Positions 17,013 through 26,824 of a DNA stretch of 64,000 nt are shown in pieces; position 1 is the stretch's first letter; every line of letters starts with the position of its first letter. The notes under the pieces were generated by a model, which had not been told where the DNA came from, made no database searches, and was given only the letters and a program-made list of their open reading frames with translations. Source of the stretch: Candidatus Woesearchaeota archaeon (GTDB lineage Archaea > Nanobdellota > Nanobdellia > Woesearchaeales > GW2011-AR4); the NCBI GenBank assembly GCA_018303655.1, contig JAGVXT010000021.1, forward strand, positions 18,811-82,810, written 5' to 3'. The translations under genes were made by a program, and so were the position numbers.

Positions 17013-18983
17013 TTAATAAAATTTCTTACCTGTTTTTTTATTTTCCAACAACTCGTCCACAACATTCAGGAATCTTTCTGTCGCTTTCCCGTCAATTCTG
17101 TGATAATATTCTAAAATGGATTTTTCTCTTTTTATTTTTATTTTTTTGGAGAATGATTCATCAAACAAAGAACGTTTAATAGCTGTTGGCAAATCTTTTT
17201 TGTTAGTTATTTTTATAAAAGCTTTATTCTTCATATCTCCAAAAAAGTCGTAATTTTCAATAAGGTTGAGCTGTATAACAGGCTTGCCCATAACCGATGC
17301 CTCAAGTATTACAGTTGAGCTTATGGAAACAACAAGATCTGAGCAAAAAAGCAAGGAATAAAGATCCGTATCTTTTGTGACAATTGCCTTATACTTCAAA
17401 TGAGATAGAATTTCATTATAAAAAGAACTATCATCGTCAACATGTAATTTTACAACTAATTCAACGTTCTTTATATTTCTTAGAGATTTGACAATCTCAA
17501 TCAAAGCCGTTCTTGGCTCTGAAGAATCTTCAAAAGGTTGTGATGCAAATACCACCAGTTTTTTTTTATGATCTACTCCAAATTTTCTACACAAGCTTTT
17601 TTTTGAATATTTGTTTTTATTTTCATAGAATATATCTGTTCTTGGTTGACCTGTTATAGCTATTTGATCCTGCCTGTAATTTCCGTTTTTTATCAATAAA
17701 TCTTTAAATTTTTTTCCGAATACAGCAGTCTTTTCTGCTAAGATGCAGTTTAATTTATTTTTATAGCAATGTAAATCCTTTTTACTATAATCATAAGTTA
17801 CTTTAATTGGGGCTATTACACCATGTTGGAGTCCTACTGATGGAATGTTACACATATGTGAAGCAAAAACTAAGAATCTAGAATTGCCATTCTCGTCAAT
17901 GCAGATAGTAATATCAATATTATAATTTTCAATCAGTTTTTTGCTTACTTCCATGTTTCTTGCAGCGCTTAAAAATGAGTCAAACCTGTTAAAGAAGTAG
18001 GATTTGATTTTTGGCTTTAGAATAAAACTAAGATCTATTCCATTATAAGTCAAAGTTTTCTTTAGTTTATTATCTTCATCCAGCCTGTTCCATGCCTTTC
18101 TTAGCCTTTGCCTCAAGAATCCTATATTTTTTGTTATTTCAACGTCAAAATAGCTCCTGAATATAAAATAGTCATAGGGAACAAACGGCCATTTTTTCTC
18201 CCTGATAGATTTCCATTGCGCGTTTTTATCAATCACAACATCAAGAGGCAGTACATTATGCTCGTTTTTGCGAAGCAATTCCCTTAATATGGTGTACGAA
18301 TTATGGTCTCCTCTTATGCTCTCGCTTAAGTTTGTCCAGTCCTGCGTAAACAAAAGAACATTCTTCTTTCCATGCTGCATTTTAATTTGAAAAGACCGCG
18401 TAAAACCCTGGAATATTCTGATAATTCTCGGGAGAGAGCCAAAAAAAAGCTTTTTTATTTTTATTAGATGATTAGTTTTTTCCAAATTTTTACCTTCATT
18501 ATTAATAACAATTCTGAGTCTTATGCCCTTTGTTGATTCCTGCACAATGGAAATGAATTCTTCATCATTATTTAAGAGAAGTATTCTTTTTATATTATTT
18601 TTATTTACTAAAGATCTAACAACATAAATTTCTTTCATTACCCCAACTAGTTGTTCATAAAACCCCTGCCTTACAAACCACCACATTGAATAACCATTAT
18701 ATTCAAGTAACTCTACTAAGGATTTTTCATTTAGAATTTTTTCATGGGGGAAATTTTCTACAAATTTCAATAATTTTTTTTTAAGGGAGTCTAAATTGAT
18801 GTCCTTTGTATAATCACTTATTAGCAAATATTTCAGGCCATGTTCTCTGAAATAAGTCTCCATAGAATTATTCCACAGCACAAATATTTTTTTTTTAAGA
18901 TTTAGGGGATTATTCTCAATTAGATAGTTAACAGTGTTAATATCATTTTTTTTAACTACAAATATATAAGTAATTCTATTCAT
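17013..18983 (-). CDS. GT-B fold glycosyl- or glycerophospho-transferase (TagF/CapZ/KpsC-like), 656 aa
   Basis: C-terminal ...KKLVVFASQPFEDSSEP...CSDLVVSISSTVILEASVMGKPVIQLN resembles the C-terminal domain of TagF-type CDP-glycerol glycerophosphotransferases and related GT-B capsule enzymes. Confidence 0.4.
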   Translation of the reverse strand: MNRITYIFVVKKNDINTVNYLIENNPLNLKKKIFVLWNNSMETYFREHGLKYLLISDYTKDINLDSLKKKLLKFVENFPHEKILNEKSLVELLEYNGYSMWWFVRQGFYEQLVGVMKEIYVVRSLVNKNNIKRILLLNNDEEFISIVQESTKGIRLRIVINNEGKNLEKTNHLIKIKKLFFGSLPRIIRIFQGFTRSFQIKMQHGKKNVLLFTQDWTNLSESIRGDHNSYTILRELLRKNEHNVLPLDVVIDKNAQWKSIREKKWPFVPYDYFIFRSYFDVEITKNIGFLRQRLRKAWNRLDEDNKLKKTLTYNGIDLSFILKPKIKSYFFNRFDSFLSAARNMEVSKKLIENYNIDITICIDENGNSRFLVFASHMCNIPSVGLQHGVIAPIKVTYDYSKKDLHCYKNKLNCILAEKTAVFGKKFKDLLIKNGNYRQDQIAITGQPRTDIFYENKNKYSKKSLCRKFGVDHKKKLVVFASQPFEDSSEPRTALIEIVKSLRNIKNVELVVKLHVDDDSSFYNEILSHLKYKAIVTKDTDLYSLLFCSDLVVSISSTVILEASVMGKPVIQLNLIENYDFFGDMKNKAFIKITNKKDLPTAIKRSLFDESFSKKIKIKREKSILEYYHRIDGKATERFLNVVDELLENKKTGKKFY

Positions 18984-19007
18984 GGTGCTGTCTGCTAATA
19001 AGCTCCT

Positions 19008-19850
19008 TTATAAAAACTTTACTGGCATAATAAAGACTAGTTGAAGATAATCTCTAAAACATAAAATTGTATTGTGGGCGATAGCCCTACAATACATCTC
19101 GGCTCTTTGAGACTTCATATTCAAAGAGCTGACGCTAGTTCCAAATTTTCTTTTGATGGAAAAAATCACAGATTCAGCCATGCTTCTCCTATTGTAAACT
19201 CTTTTCTTAAAATTTTTCAAAACTTTATGCCTTACAAAACCTCTGAAGGCATTCTTTCTTACTTTGACGACTGGGGCAATTCCATTGTCCCACAAAAATT
19301 CATAGAATTTCTCTGAATCGTATGCAGAATCTGCAACTAATTTGCAAGGAAATCTTGCGAACCTTTTAACCAAATATTCTGCATCTTTGATGTCATGCGA
19401 TTTTCTTGCTCTTGTCCTAAGAGCAAGAATTCTCTTGCTTCTTGTGTCAACAGCAAGAGAAATTTTTATGGGAATGTCGACGGGATATGGCTTGTCAATC
19501 CTTTTATAATAGTAAGGGCTTGGCAAAGTCCTTGACATGCCTGTTGAGTCAATCGCAGCAATCTTAACTTTCATGCTTGCTGTGGCAGCAAGCAAAGTTT
19601 GCCAAATTTCAATTGGCATTCTGTAAGCAAACTTTGCTAAGGCAGAATAAGTTGGAACTTTAAGTCCCAAATCGTTTAGCAGATTGCTTGTTCTCCTGAA
19701 ACTCAACTTACATTCTTGCTTTACAAGTAAAGCAATAACATGCTGCCAAAGCTCGTAAGTCTTTGGCCCGAATTTATTTAAATGTCTGGGCAGTTTTGCT
19801 TTCCTTAGCAAACGCTTAACTTTATTTTCTAGTCTTTTTTCCTTTTTCAT
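19008..19850 (-). CDS. IS4/IS5-family DDE transposase
   Basis: N-terminal HTH. DDE region ...KLVADSAYDSE.... Canonical Y(2)R(3)E(6)K signature VYNRRSMAESVIFSIKRK. Likely start is the ATG at 19848-19850; the ORF track extends to a GTG at 19862. Confidence 0.85.
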   Translation of the reverse strand: MKKEKRLENKVKRLLRKAKLPRHLNKFGPKTYELWQHVIALLVKQECKLSFRRTSNLLNDLGLKVPTYSALAKFAYRMPIEIWQTLLAATASMKVKIAAIDSTGMSRTLPSPYYYKRIDKPYPVDIPIKISLAVDTRSKRILALRTRARKSHDIKDAEYLVKRFARFPCKLVADSAYDSEKFYEFLWDNGIAPVVKVRKNAFRGFVRHKVLKNFKKRVYNRRSMAESVIFSIKRKFGTSVSSLNMKSQRAEMYCRAIAHNTILCFRDYLQLVFIMPVKFL

Positions 19851-19870
19851 GGTGGGGTGCACTCCCCACC
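19851..19870 (-). promoter_or_regulatory. perfect 7-bp stem hairpin GGTGGGG-TGCACT-CCCCACC immediately 5' of the transposase ATG (likely translational occlusion of the start/RBS)
   Basis: Seen directly in the sequence. A second hairpin AGCAGCC-TAAC-GGCTGCT follows at about 19872-19893. Confidence 0.5.
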
Positions 19871-19984
19871 CCCAGCAGCCTAACGGCTGCTTGGGTTATT
19901 AAATCTTGAGATTTTCAACAACGCCTGGCATAATAAAATAAATTTTTTATTAGAGAAGTCTAGAAAATATCATAAATTGACTAT

Positions 19985-21466
19985 CTAAGACTGGGCTAAA
20001 GAAGCTTTTCCTTCATCGTTCTCTGAAGTAGAGGCTCTTATTTTCATATAATAATGCTCTTCAGCATCCTTAAATCTCAAATATCCCCCTATTCTTCTTA
20101 AACATGACTTCACAGTTTTTTTAAAACCCCATAACCGATAATAGTCTACTATAAGTCTTGCAAGAATCCACGGTCTTGCATAACAATAGGCTCTCAGTTC
20201 CTTTTCAATATCATTTCTTATCTGAATTAATTCTTCATCTGTAAAATCAGTCATATTAATTTTCAAATCAGAAGCATCTCCGAGATTTTCAACGTATTTA
20301 TCCTCATCATCAATTTTATTTTTCCATTCTTCCCACAATGGCGTGCCAGGAAATGCTGTTGCAAAGAAGAAATTTGCTGGTAAGCCTATTTCCTTACAAA
20401 AATCAACAGTTTCCCTTATTGTTTTCATATTTTCCCCGGGGTATCCAAGCATGAAAGTCCCTCCTGATTTCAAGCCCAGCCCCTTTATTTTCTTGTATAT
20501 TTCTTTGGCTTTCTGCAGATCTATCCCCTTCTTCATATTATCAAGTATTGTTTGGCTTCCACTTTCTAATCCATAAGATATAGAAAAGCAGCCTGCTTTT
20601 TTCATTTTTAAGATAAGGTCCTCATACAAATATTCCAATCTGGTGAGACAATGCCACTTGAGATTTAACTTTTGTTCTATCATTTTGTCGCACATCTCTC
20701 CAACAATCTTCCTGTTAAGCAGAAATAAATCATCAAAAAACATTATTCCATTTATGTTGTATTTTTCTTTTAGATGCTTCATCTCAGCTACAATGTTATC
20801 AGCGCTTCTAAATCTCGCTTTCTCGCCCATAAATGAATGATAGCAGAACTTACAAAGAAAAGGACATCCTCGTGTTATTATCATTGGCATCATTCTTCGA
20901 TTCTGTTCAACTTCTTGTGTGTTTTTAATATAAGTTTCAAAAGGGAACAAGTCCCATTCAGGGAAAGGAATATTGTCAATATTCTCTATTATTTTTCTTG
21001 GAGAAGTATAGATTATGTTTCCATTTTCCTTATATGCAAGTCCATCGACTTTTTTTAGAGCGATGCTTTTTTCCAGAGCATCGGCAAGTTCACAAACTGT
21101 TACTTCTGCTTCTCCAATCATTAATATGTCAGAAGAAGTATATTTAAAAAGAAGATGTGGAATCTCATTAGATATATTACCACCAATAACTATAGGCTTG
21201 TCCGGGTGATATTTTTTCAAAACCGGAGTAAGAAACTTTAAATATTTGTATAATGTTATAACTCCTCCAGTACATACCATATCATAATTTAATTCTCTTA
21301 TCTTATTTTCTACTTCACTTCTATCATAGCGGAAACCATTTATGTCCAGAACCTCAACCTTATGATTGGCTTTTCTCAGAACAGCAATTAGGTATGCCAT
21401 TCCAAGAGGTAATGTAAATGGTGGAAATCTTTCACTTATTGGGCAGTTGACTAAAAGTACTTTCAT
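19985..21466 (-). CDS. cobalamin-binding (class B) radical SAM protein
   Basis: N-terminal B12-binding-like domain (MKVLLVNCPIS...LPLGMAYLIAVL). Cluster motif RGCPFLCKFCYHS. Confidence 0.8.
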   Translation of the reverse strand: MKVLLVNCPISERFPPFTLPLGMAYLIAVLRKANHKVEVLDINGFRYDRSEVENKIRELNYDMVCTGGVITLYKYLKFLTPVLKKYHPDKPIVIGGNISNEIPHLLFKYTSSDILMIGEAEVTVCELADALEKSIALKKVDGLAYKENGNIIYTSPRKIIENIDNIPFPEWDLFPFETYIKNTQEVEQNRRMMPMIITRGCPFLCKFCYHSFMGEKARFRSADNIVAEMKHLKEKYNINGIMFFDDLFLLNRKIVGEMCDKMIEQKLNLKWHCLTRLEYLYEDLILKMKKAGCFSISYGLESGSQTILDNMKKGIDLQKAKEIYKKIKGLGLKSGGTFMLGYPGENMKTIRETVDFCKEIGLPANFFFATAFPGTPLWEEWKNKIDDEDKYVENLGDASDLKINMTDFTDEELIQIRNDIEKELRAYCYARPWILARLIVDYYRLWGFKKTVKSCLRRIGGYLRFKDAEEHYYMKIRASTSENDEGKASLAQS

Positions 21467-21674
21467 TCTTAAACATCTAAACCATCAAGCTTTTATCCAT
21501 AAATATAAATATTTTTGATAATATTATTTATGGAATTACTTGACATTATTGACACCAATATTTAAATTTTCCTATAGCAAAGTGTTGAGGTCACAAAAAA
21601 TTACAGTAAATCTTATAAATCAACTAAAATTCTCATGGATAAATCTATTAGATTGGGAAGGGAGGCTTATTTAT

Positions 21675-23390
21675 ATGCGGCAAACAAAAGCTACTGAAGA
21701 GGAAAAAGAGATATACATATTGGGTATAAATTATGTTGGTGCTGATGCTTCTGCATCTTTGCTTAAAAATGCCAGAATAATTGCATCGGCTATGGAAGAA
21801 AGATTCACAAGGATAAAAAAAGATAGAAGTTTCCCTACTAATGCGATAAACTTCTGTCTAAAATATGCAAATTTAACAATTGAAGACATAGACCTAGTTA
21901 CTTACTATATGATTCCTGAAGATTTGTTTAATAATCTTGTTATACATCACCTTGGAAAGTACTATCCCAAGTCAATTCCCCTATTTACATCTACTTTAAA
22001 TAGGGCCTTAAAAGTTAACAATGTTGAGAAAGAAATAAGAGAAAGATTAAACTATCATGGAAAGATATATTTCTGCGATCATCATTTGGCTCATATAGCT
22101 TCAAGTTTCTTCTTATCTGAGTTCGATGATGCAGCTGCAATATCTATGGATGGTTTGGGAGAAATTGCCAGCACTTTTATAGCTGATGTTGAAAATAATG
22201 AAATTAAAGTATTAAAGAGAGTAGACTTTCCTCATTCACTGGGAATGTTGTATAATGCAGTTACACACTATTTAGGATTTGATGCCGTCCAAGATCCTGG
22301 TAAAGTAATGGGTTTATCTTCCTATGGGGACCCTAAAAAGTATATAGATGAGTTTAGGAAAATTGTTATTCTTAAAGAAGATGGAACATATGAATTGGAC
22401 TTGAGTTATTTTGAATTTCCATTTAGAAGGGATGTCTGGATTTCTGATAAATTCATCAAGGTGTTTGGACCCAGACGAGAGCCAGATAGTCACCTTGAAA
22501 AAAGATATGAAGATGTAGCAGCTGCATTACAAGTCAGACTTGAGGATGTTTACTTCCACATGGTAGAGTATGCCAAGAAAGCCACTAATAAAGACTATCT
22601 TTGCCTTTCTGGAGGTGTAGCTTTAAACAGTGTAGCTAATGGGAGGATTCTAAAGAAAGAGATTTTTAAGGATATATATATTCCTCCGGCATGTGGAGAT
22701 GATGGTTTATCGATAGGGGCACCATTGTATTATAATTTTTGCGTCCTAAAAAATAAAAAAAGATATCCTTTGGAAACACCTTATTTAGGACCCGAATATA
22801 GCGATGAAGAGATTGTTAAAATAATTAAAAAATTTAATTTGAAATACTACAAGTCAGATAATGTATGCAAAGAAACTGCAAAGCTAATAGCAGACAACAA
22901 AATTATAGGATGGTTTCAGGGAAGAATGGAGATAGGACCAAGAGCTTTGGGAAACAGAAGCATTCTTGCAAATCCTGCTTTAAATAATGTCAAAGAATTA
23001 CTGAATTCGAGGGTGAAATTTCGTGAATCGTTCAGACCTTTTGCTCCGAGCGTTTTAGTTGAAGATGTAAAAGACTGGTTTGAATATGACCATCCTGTAC
23101 CATATATGCTGTTTGTGTTCAAGATAAATGAAGATAAACAAAAGTTAGTGCCGGGAATTACCCATATTGATGGTACTGGAAGACTGCAAACAGTAAGTAA
23201 GACAACCAATGAAAAATATCATAAGTTGATAAGCGAATTTAAGAGATTAACTGGCATACCAATGGTTGTTAACACGTCATTTAACATCAAAGGAGAACCA
23301 ATAATTGAAAGTCCTGTTAATGCTATCAAATGCTTCTTAGGAAACGGTTTGGATTATCTTGTTATGAGTGATTTTGTAATAAAGAAATAA
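21675..23390 (+). CDS. carbamoyltransferase, NodU/CmcH/TobZ family
   Basis: ILGINYVGADASASLLKN...HHLAHIASSFF...MGLSSYGDP are NodU-family motifs. GGAGG-like RBS 8 nt upstream of the ATG at 21675. The ORF track's upstream extension from 21540 is probably not translated. Confidence 0.75.
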   Translation: MRQTKATEEEKEIYILGINYVGADASASLLKNARIIASAMEERFTRIKKDRSFPTNAINFCLKYANLTIEDIDLVTYYMIPEDLFNNLVIHHLGKYYPKSIPLFTSTLNRALKVNNVEKEIRERLNYHGKIYFCDHHLAHIASSFFLSEFDDAAAISMDGLGEIASTFIADVENNEIKVLKRVDFPHSLGMLYNAVTHYLGFDAVQDPGKVMGLSSYGDPKKYIDEFRKIVILKEDGTYELDLSYFEFPFRRDVWISDKFIKVFGPRREPDSHLEKRYEDVAAALQVRLEDVYFHMVEYAKKATNKDYLCLSGGVALNSVANGRILKKEIFKDIYIPPACGDDGLSIGAPLYYNFCVLKNKKRYPLETPYLGPEYSDEEIVKIIKKFNLKYYKSDNVCKETAKLIADNKIIGWFQGRMEIGPRALGNRSILANPALNNVKELLNSRVKFRESFRPFAPSVLVEDVKDWFEYDHPVPYMLFVFKINEDKQKLVPGITHIDGTGRLQTVSKTTNEKYHKLISEFKRLTGIPMVVNTSFNIKGEPIIESPVNAIKCFLGNGLDYLVMSDFVIKK

Positions 23391-23418
23391 TTCTAAAAAA
23401 AGAAATTTTATTTTTGGA

Positions 23419-23925
23419 TTAATTAGTCTTTTCTTCTTTCAATATTATGTCTGCAACTTCTCTTATCGCCCCTTCGCCGCCTTTCTTTTTTGTGACAATA
23501 TTTGCGGCTTTTTTAACTTCAGGATATGAATCGCTGACAGCTATTCCGATGCCGGCATATTTTATGCATTCAATATCAGTTATGTCATTCCCGATAAAAC
23601 AGACTTCCTCTTTGCTTATGCTTCTTTTTGCAAGCTCTTTTTTCAAAATTGGTAATTTGTTATTTATTCCTTGAATGCATGGAATTTTTAGCTTGCCGCA
23701 TCGCGTTTTAACGACTTTATTCTTTTCCTTTGATATCACAATAACTTCAATGCCATTCTTCTTAAGCAATTCTATTCCCAGGCCGTCTGACCTGTTGCAT
23801 ATGACCGATTCCTTGCCGTTTTCATCAACAGTGACCTTATTATCAGTCATAACGCCATCAAAATCGCATGCCAAAAGTTTTATTTTAGCAGGATTTGCAG
23901 CTTTTTTGATTTTGTTTTCTTTCAT
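23419..23925 (-). CDS. HAD-IIIA phosphatase, KdsC family (ulosonate/nonulosonate-phosphate phosphatase)
   Basis: LLACDFDGVMTDNKV... matches the KdsC motif I (DxDGVLTD). Length 168 aa. Confidence 0.75.
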   Translation of the reverse strand: MKENKIKKAANPAKIKLLACDFDGVMTDNKVTVDENGKESVICNRSDGLGIELLKKNGIEVIVISKEKNKVVKTRCGKLKIPCIQGINNKLPILKKELAKRSISKEEVCFIGNDITDIECIKYAGIGIAVSDSYPEVKKAANIVTKKKGGEGAIREVADIILKEEKTN

Positions 23926-23931
23926 AACAGC

Positions 23932-24786
23932 TTACCAACAGGTTTTCCCCCCATCAATGACTAAATTTGTTCCTGTCATATAAGAAGATGCGTCTGAAAC
24001 AAGGAATACAATCGCTGCCTTGTATTCATCCTTATCAGCCATTCTTCCCAAAGGGATAAGATTCGCTAATCTTTTGACAAACCCTTCACTCTGATCATTA
24101 TAGACTCCTCCTGGTGATATGGAATTAACCCTTATGCCTTTTTTTGCCCAGTAAGTTGCGAGATACCTTGTCATTCCGATTAGCCCGGATTTGACAACAG
24201 AGTAGGATATTGGCTTGGTAAATTGCTCCTCTTCCTTTTGCCCAGGCTCTCGGTAAATCCTTTGGTCAGGTGCTATAAGCGCCAAATCAGAAGCTATATT
24301 CAAAATAACGCCTTTTCCCTGTTTCGTCATTTGCGCTCCTATAATTTTGCTGCATAAAAATGCGCCCGTTAATCCAACATCCATGTCCTTGTTCCACGTA
24401 CGCAGCGGAAAGTTTTCCAAGCGTGACTTTAATCCGGCAGATCTGCCTTCAACTTTAGGATTGTTTGCTGCATTATTAATCAGAATGTCAACTTTTTTGA
24501 ATTGCTTCATAACCTTTGACAATAATTTTTTTACTGCTTCTTCATTGGTAATATCACAATAATATGCTTTTGCCTTGACTCCAAAAACATTTGCAATTTC
24601 TTGAGCGCATTCCTGCGCTCTTTTTTCATCAATGTCAATCAATATGGGTATGCCTCCCATTTCTGCTATGGCCTCCGCATGTTTTGCTCCAAGCAAACCT
24701 GCTCCGCCAGTGATAACGGCTACCCTGCCATTTAATGCGAAAGCTTCTTTTACAGAATCTTTATGCTTAACCATTTTATTTTTCAT
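23932..24786 (-). CDS. SDR family NAD(P)-dependent oxidoreductase
   Basis: VAVITGGAGLLGAKHAEAIAEMGG (TGxxxGxG). Y...K catalytic pair (YSVVKSG). Confidence 0.7.
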   Translation of the reverse strand: MKNKMVKHKDSVKEAFALNGRVAVITGGAGLLGAKHAEAIAEMGGIPILIDIDEKRAQECAQEIANVFGVKAKAYYCDITNEEAVKKLLSKVMKQFKKVDILINNAANNPKVEGRSAGLKSRLENFPLRTWNKDMDVGLTGAFLCSKIIGAQMTKQGKGVILNIASDLALIAPDQRIYREPGQKEEEQFTKPISYSVVKSGLIGMTRYLATYWAKKGIRVNSISPGGVYNDQSEGFVKRLANLIPLGRMADKDEYKAAIVFLVSDASSYMTGTNLVIDGGKTCW

Positions 24787-25547
24787 AATGATCGTGTTTG
24801 TCCTCCGTCCACCACTAAACAGGCTCCAGTAATAAATGATGCTTTTTCAGATGATAAGAAAAGCACCGCATCTGCAACTTCTTCCGGTTTTCCAAAGCGC
24901 TGCATAGGAACTTCTGCGGCAATGTATTTCTTAAAGAACTCCTTACGTTTTGCTAAGTTCTTTTCCCAACTTCCGCCAGGGAAAAGGATATTTCCCGGAG
25001 CAACGGCATTCACGCGAATATTCTTATCTGCCACTTCTCTGGAAAGCTGTTTCATGGCATGCAGCAAGCCAGCTTTTGCAGCAGTGTAGGGAAGATGCCC
25101 TCCAACTGTCTCTATGCCTACTATGGAAGAAATAAAAACAATAGAACCTCCTTGTTTTGTGAGATATGGGATGGATTTGCTGGCAAGCATCATGCTTCCA
25201 ATAAGGTTTGTGGCAAGCATTGACTGCCAATCTTCAAATTTTAAATCAAATCCGTTCTTTCCTGTTCCGCTTCCAATATTGGCAATTACAATATTTATTT
25301 CACCAAAATGGGAAACTGCCTTTTTGAGGGCGCTGTCAATGGTTTTAGGATTAGCCATATCGCCGTGGATCTTCAGGACATCGTTCCCTTCGCCAAGTAT
25401 ATGGCGTGCTTTCTCGAGACTTTCTGAATCTCGCCCTGTGATGGCTACCTTTGCTCCTTCTTTTGCAAAAGCCTGTGCAATAGCAAGGCCTATACCTTTA
25501 CTGGAGCCTGCTATAAACACAACCTTATTCTTGAGTTTTAAGTCCAT
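24783..25547 (-). CDS. SDR family oxidoreductase (3-oxoacyl-ACP reductase-like)
   Basis: KVVFIAGSSKGIGLAIAQAF. YTAAKAG catalytic motif. 254 aa. Confidence 0.8.
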   Translation of the reverse strand: MDLKLKNKVVFIAGSSKGIGLAIAQAFAKEGAKVAITGRDSESLEKARHILGEGNDVLKIHGDMANPKTIDSALKKAVSHFGEINIVIANIGSGTGKNGFDLKFEDWQSMLATNLIGSMMLASKSIPYLTKQGGSIVFISSIVGIETVGGHLPYTAAKAGLLHAMKQLSREVADKNIRVNAVAPGNILFPGGSWEKNLAKRKEFFKKYIAAEVPMQRFGKPEEVADAVLFLSSEKASFITGACLVVDGGQTRSL

Positions 25548-25554
25548 TTTGTCT

Positions 25555-26397
25555 TTAGTTATAGTTGCAATATTTTAAAACAAATTTTTTATTATTTTTC
25601 GCATATGCCATAGTATCAATTGAATCATCACGTGCAGCTTGCAGTATAAAAGGCCTTGTGTATTTTGCAGCTTTAATCAGTTTAAAGCATGTGGTAAAAT
25701 CCACAGACCCTTGGCCCAAAGGAACGGTCTTTCCATTAAAAATTCTGTCCTTGATATGCACGCTTCCGATCCATTCTTTAAGTATTACCAATTCCTTAGA
25801 GGGGTTGTGCCCTAATGCTGCAGCATTTCCTGTGTCATAATTAAATTTTACCAGAGGATGTTTTATTTTCTCAAAAATGTGTTTCATTGCATATGGCTCC
25901 AAATCTGTTTCTAGATGAATCTCAATTTCAGCTTTTTCCGTATCATTCAAAACTGCATTTAATACATTTAAAAGGCTTGCCTGCTGCTTTTTTGTTTTTA
26001 GCGATGAAGCATCAACAAATGGCAGTACAATATATTTAATCTTCAACATTTTTGCACGTCCAATGAGCCAGCGCAGATGCTCAACAGCATCCTTGTTAAT
26101 ATCCCCATTTTCCTGGATTAATAATATTTTCATATAGTAATCTGCGCAGATAGAGATGACTTGAACTCCTGTTTCTTTTATTTTCTTTTGTATATGTGAT
26201 ATTCCCTCATCACTTTTTACCGGGTTTTTATCCTCGTTTGGCACTTCATAAATCCATTCTATGCAGTCAATTCCGGCTTCTCTTGCAAGGTCAAACTCCA
26301 GTTTCCATGTGTCAAAAGGAAACCACTGAATCATCTTTCCTCTTGGCGGTGAAAGCCGACCTTGCATAATTCCGATTGGATTTGGGAGTTTACTCAT
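25555..26397 (-). CDS. sugar phosphate isomerase/epimerase (xylose-isomerase-like TIM barrel)
   Basis: Length and pattern of a TIM barrel with conserved His/Glu/Asp (IEIHLETD, HIKD). Confidence 0.5.
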   Translation of the reverse strand: MSKLPNPIGIMQGRLSPPRGKMIQWFPFDTWKLEFDLAREAGIDCIEWIYEVPNEDKNPVKSDEGISHIQKKIKETGVQVISICADYYMKILLIQENGDINKDAVEHLRWLIGRAKMLKIKYIVLPFVDASSLKTKKQQASLLNVLNAVLNDTEKAEIEIHLETDLEPYAMKHIFEKIKHPLVKFNYDTGNAAALGHNPSKELVILKEWIGSVHIKDRIFNGKTVPLGQGSVDFTTCFKLIKAAKYTRPFILQAARDDSIDTMAYAKNNKKFVLKYCNYN

Positions 26398-26824
26398 TCA
26401 GCACCTCGACCAATTCTATCCATGCTCCGTTAGGGTCTCTGCAAAAAACAACTTTAGCATAGCCATCTGGAGAAGCCTCTGGAGAGGAATTGAATTTTAT
26501 CCCTTCTCCAAGCAATCGCTTATATTCTTTTTCCACATTATCCACTGTAAATGCTATATGGGAGCATCCTAATCCGGTAATATAGGTATTTTCTGGTTTT
26601 TTTGGATGTGATTTAAAATATAATAATTCAATTAAATTTCCATCTGGCGCTTTCATTTTTATTGTTCTTACTGAGGCATTTTTAAGGGACAGTACAGAAT
26701 CAATATAATTTCCGGATTCTAATTTATCCTTGACTATTTCAAATCCAAGCAAGTCTCTGTAAAAATGGAGTGATTTATCCAAATCACTCACAACTATGCC
26801 TGTATGCCTTATTGCCTTGATCAT
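26390..26824 (-). CDS. VOC/glyoxalase-bleomycin-resistance family protein
   Basis: IRHTGIVVSDLDKSLHFYRDLLGF is a typical VOC N-terminal module. 144 aa. Confidence 0.65.
   Translation of the reverse strand: MIKAIRHTGIVVSDLDKSLHFYRDLLGFEIVKDKLESGNYIDSVLSLKNASVRTIKMKAPDGNLIELLYFKSHPKKPENTYITGLGCSHIAFTVDNVEKEYKRLLGEGIKFNSSPEASPDGYAKVVFCRDPNGAWIELVEVLNE

Larger units (their letters stand above)
18984..19984 (-). mobile_element. IS element (single transposase gene) inserted between a glycosyltransferase gene and a radical SAM gene; exact ends not resolved
   Basis: Transposase CDS. 13-bp direct repeat CTGGCATAATAAA at 19022-19034 and 19925-19937. GC-rich hairpin next to the transposase start codon. 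The glycan-gene context on both sides is otherwise uninterrupted. Confidence 0.6.
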
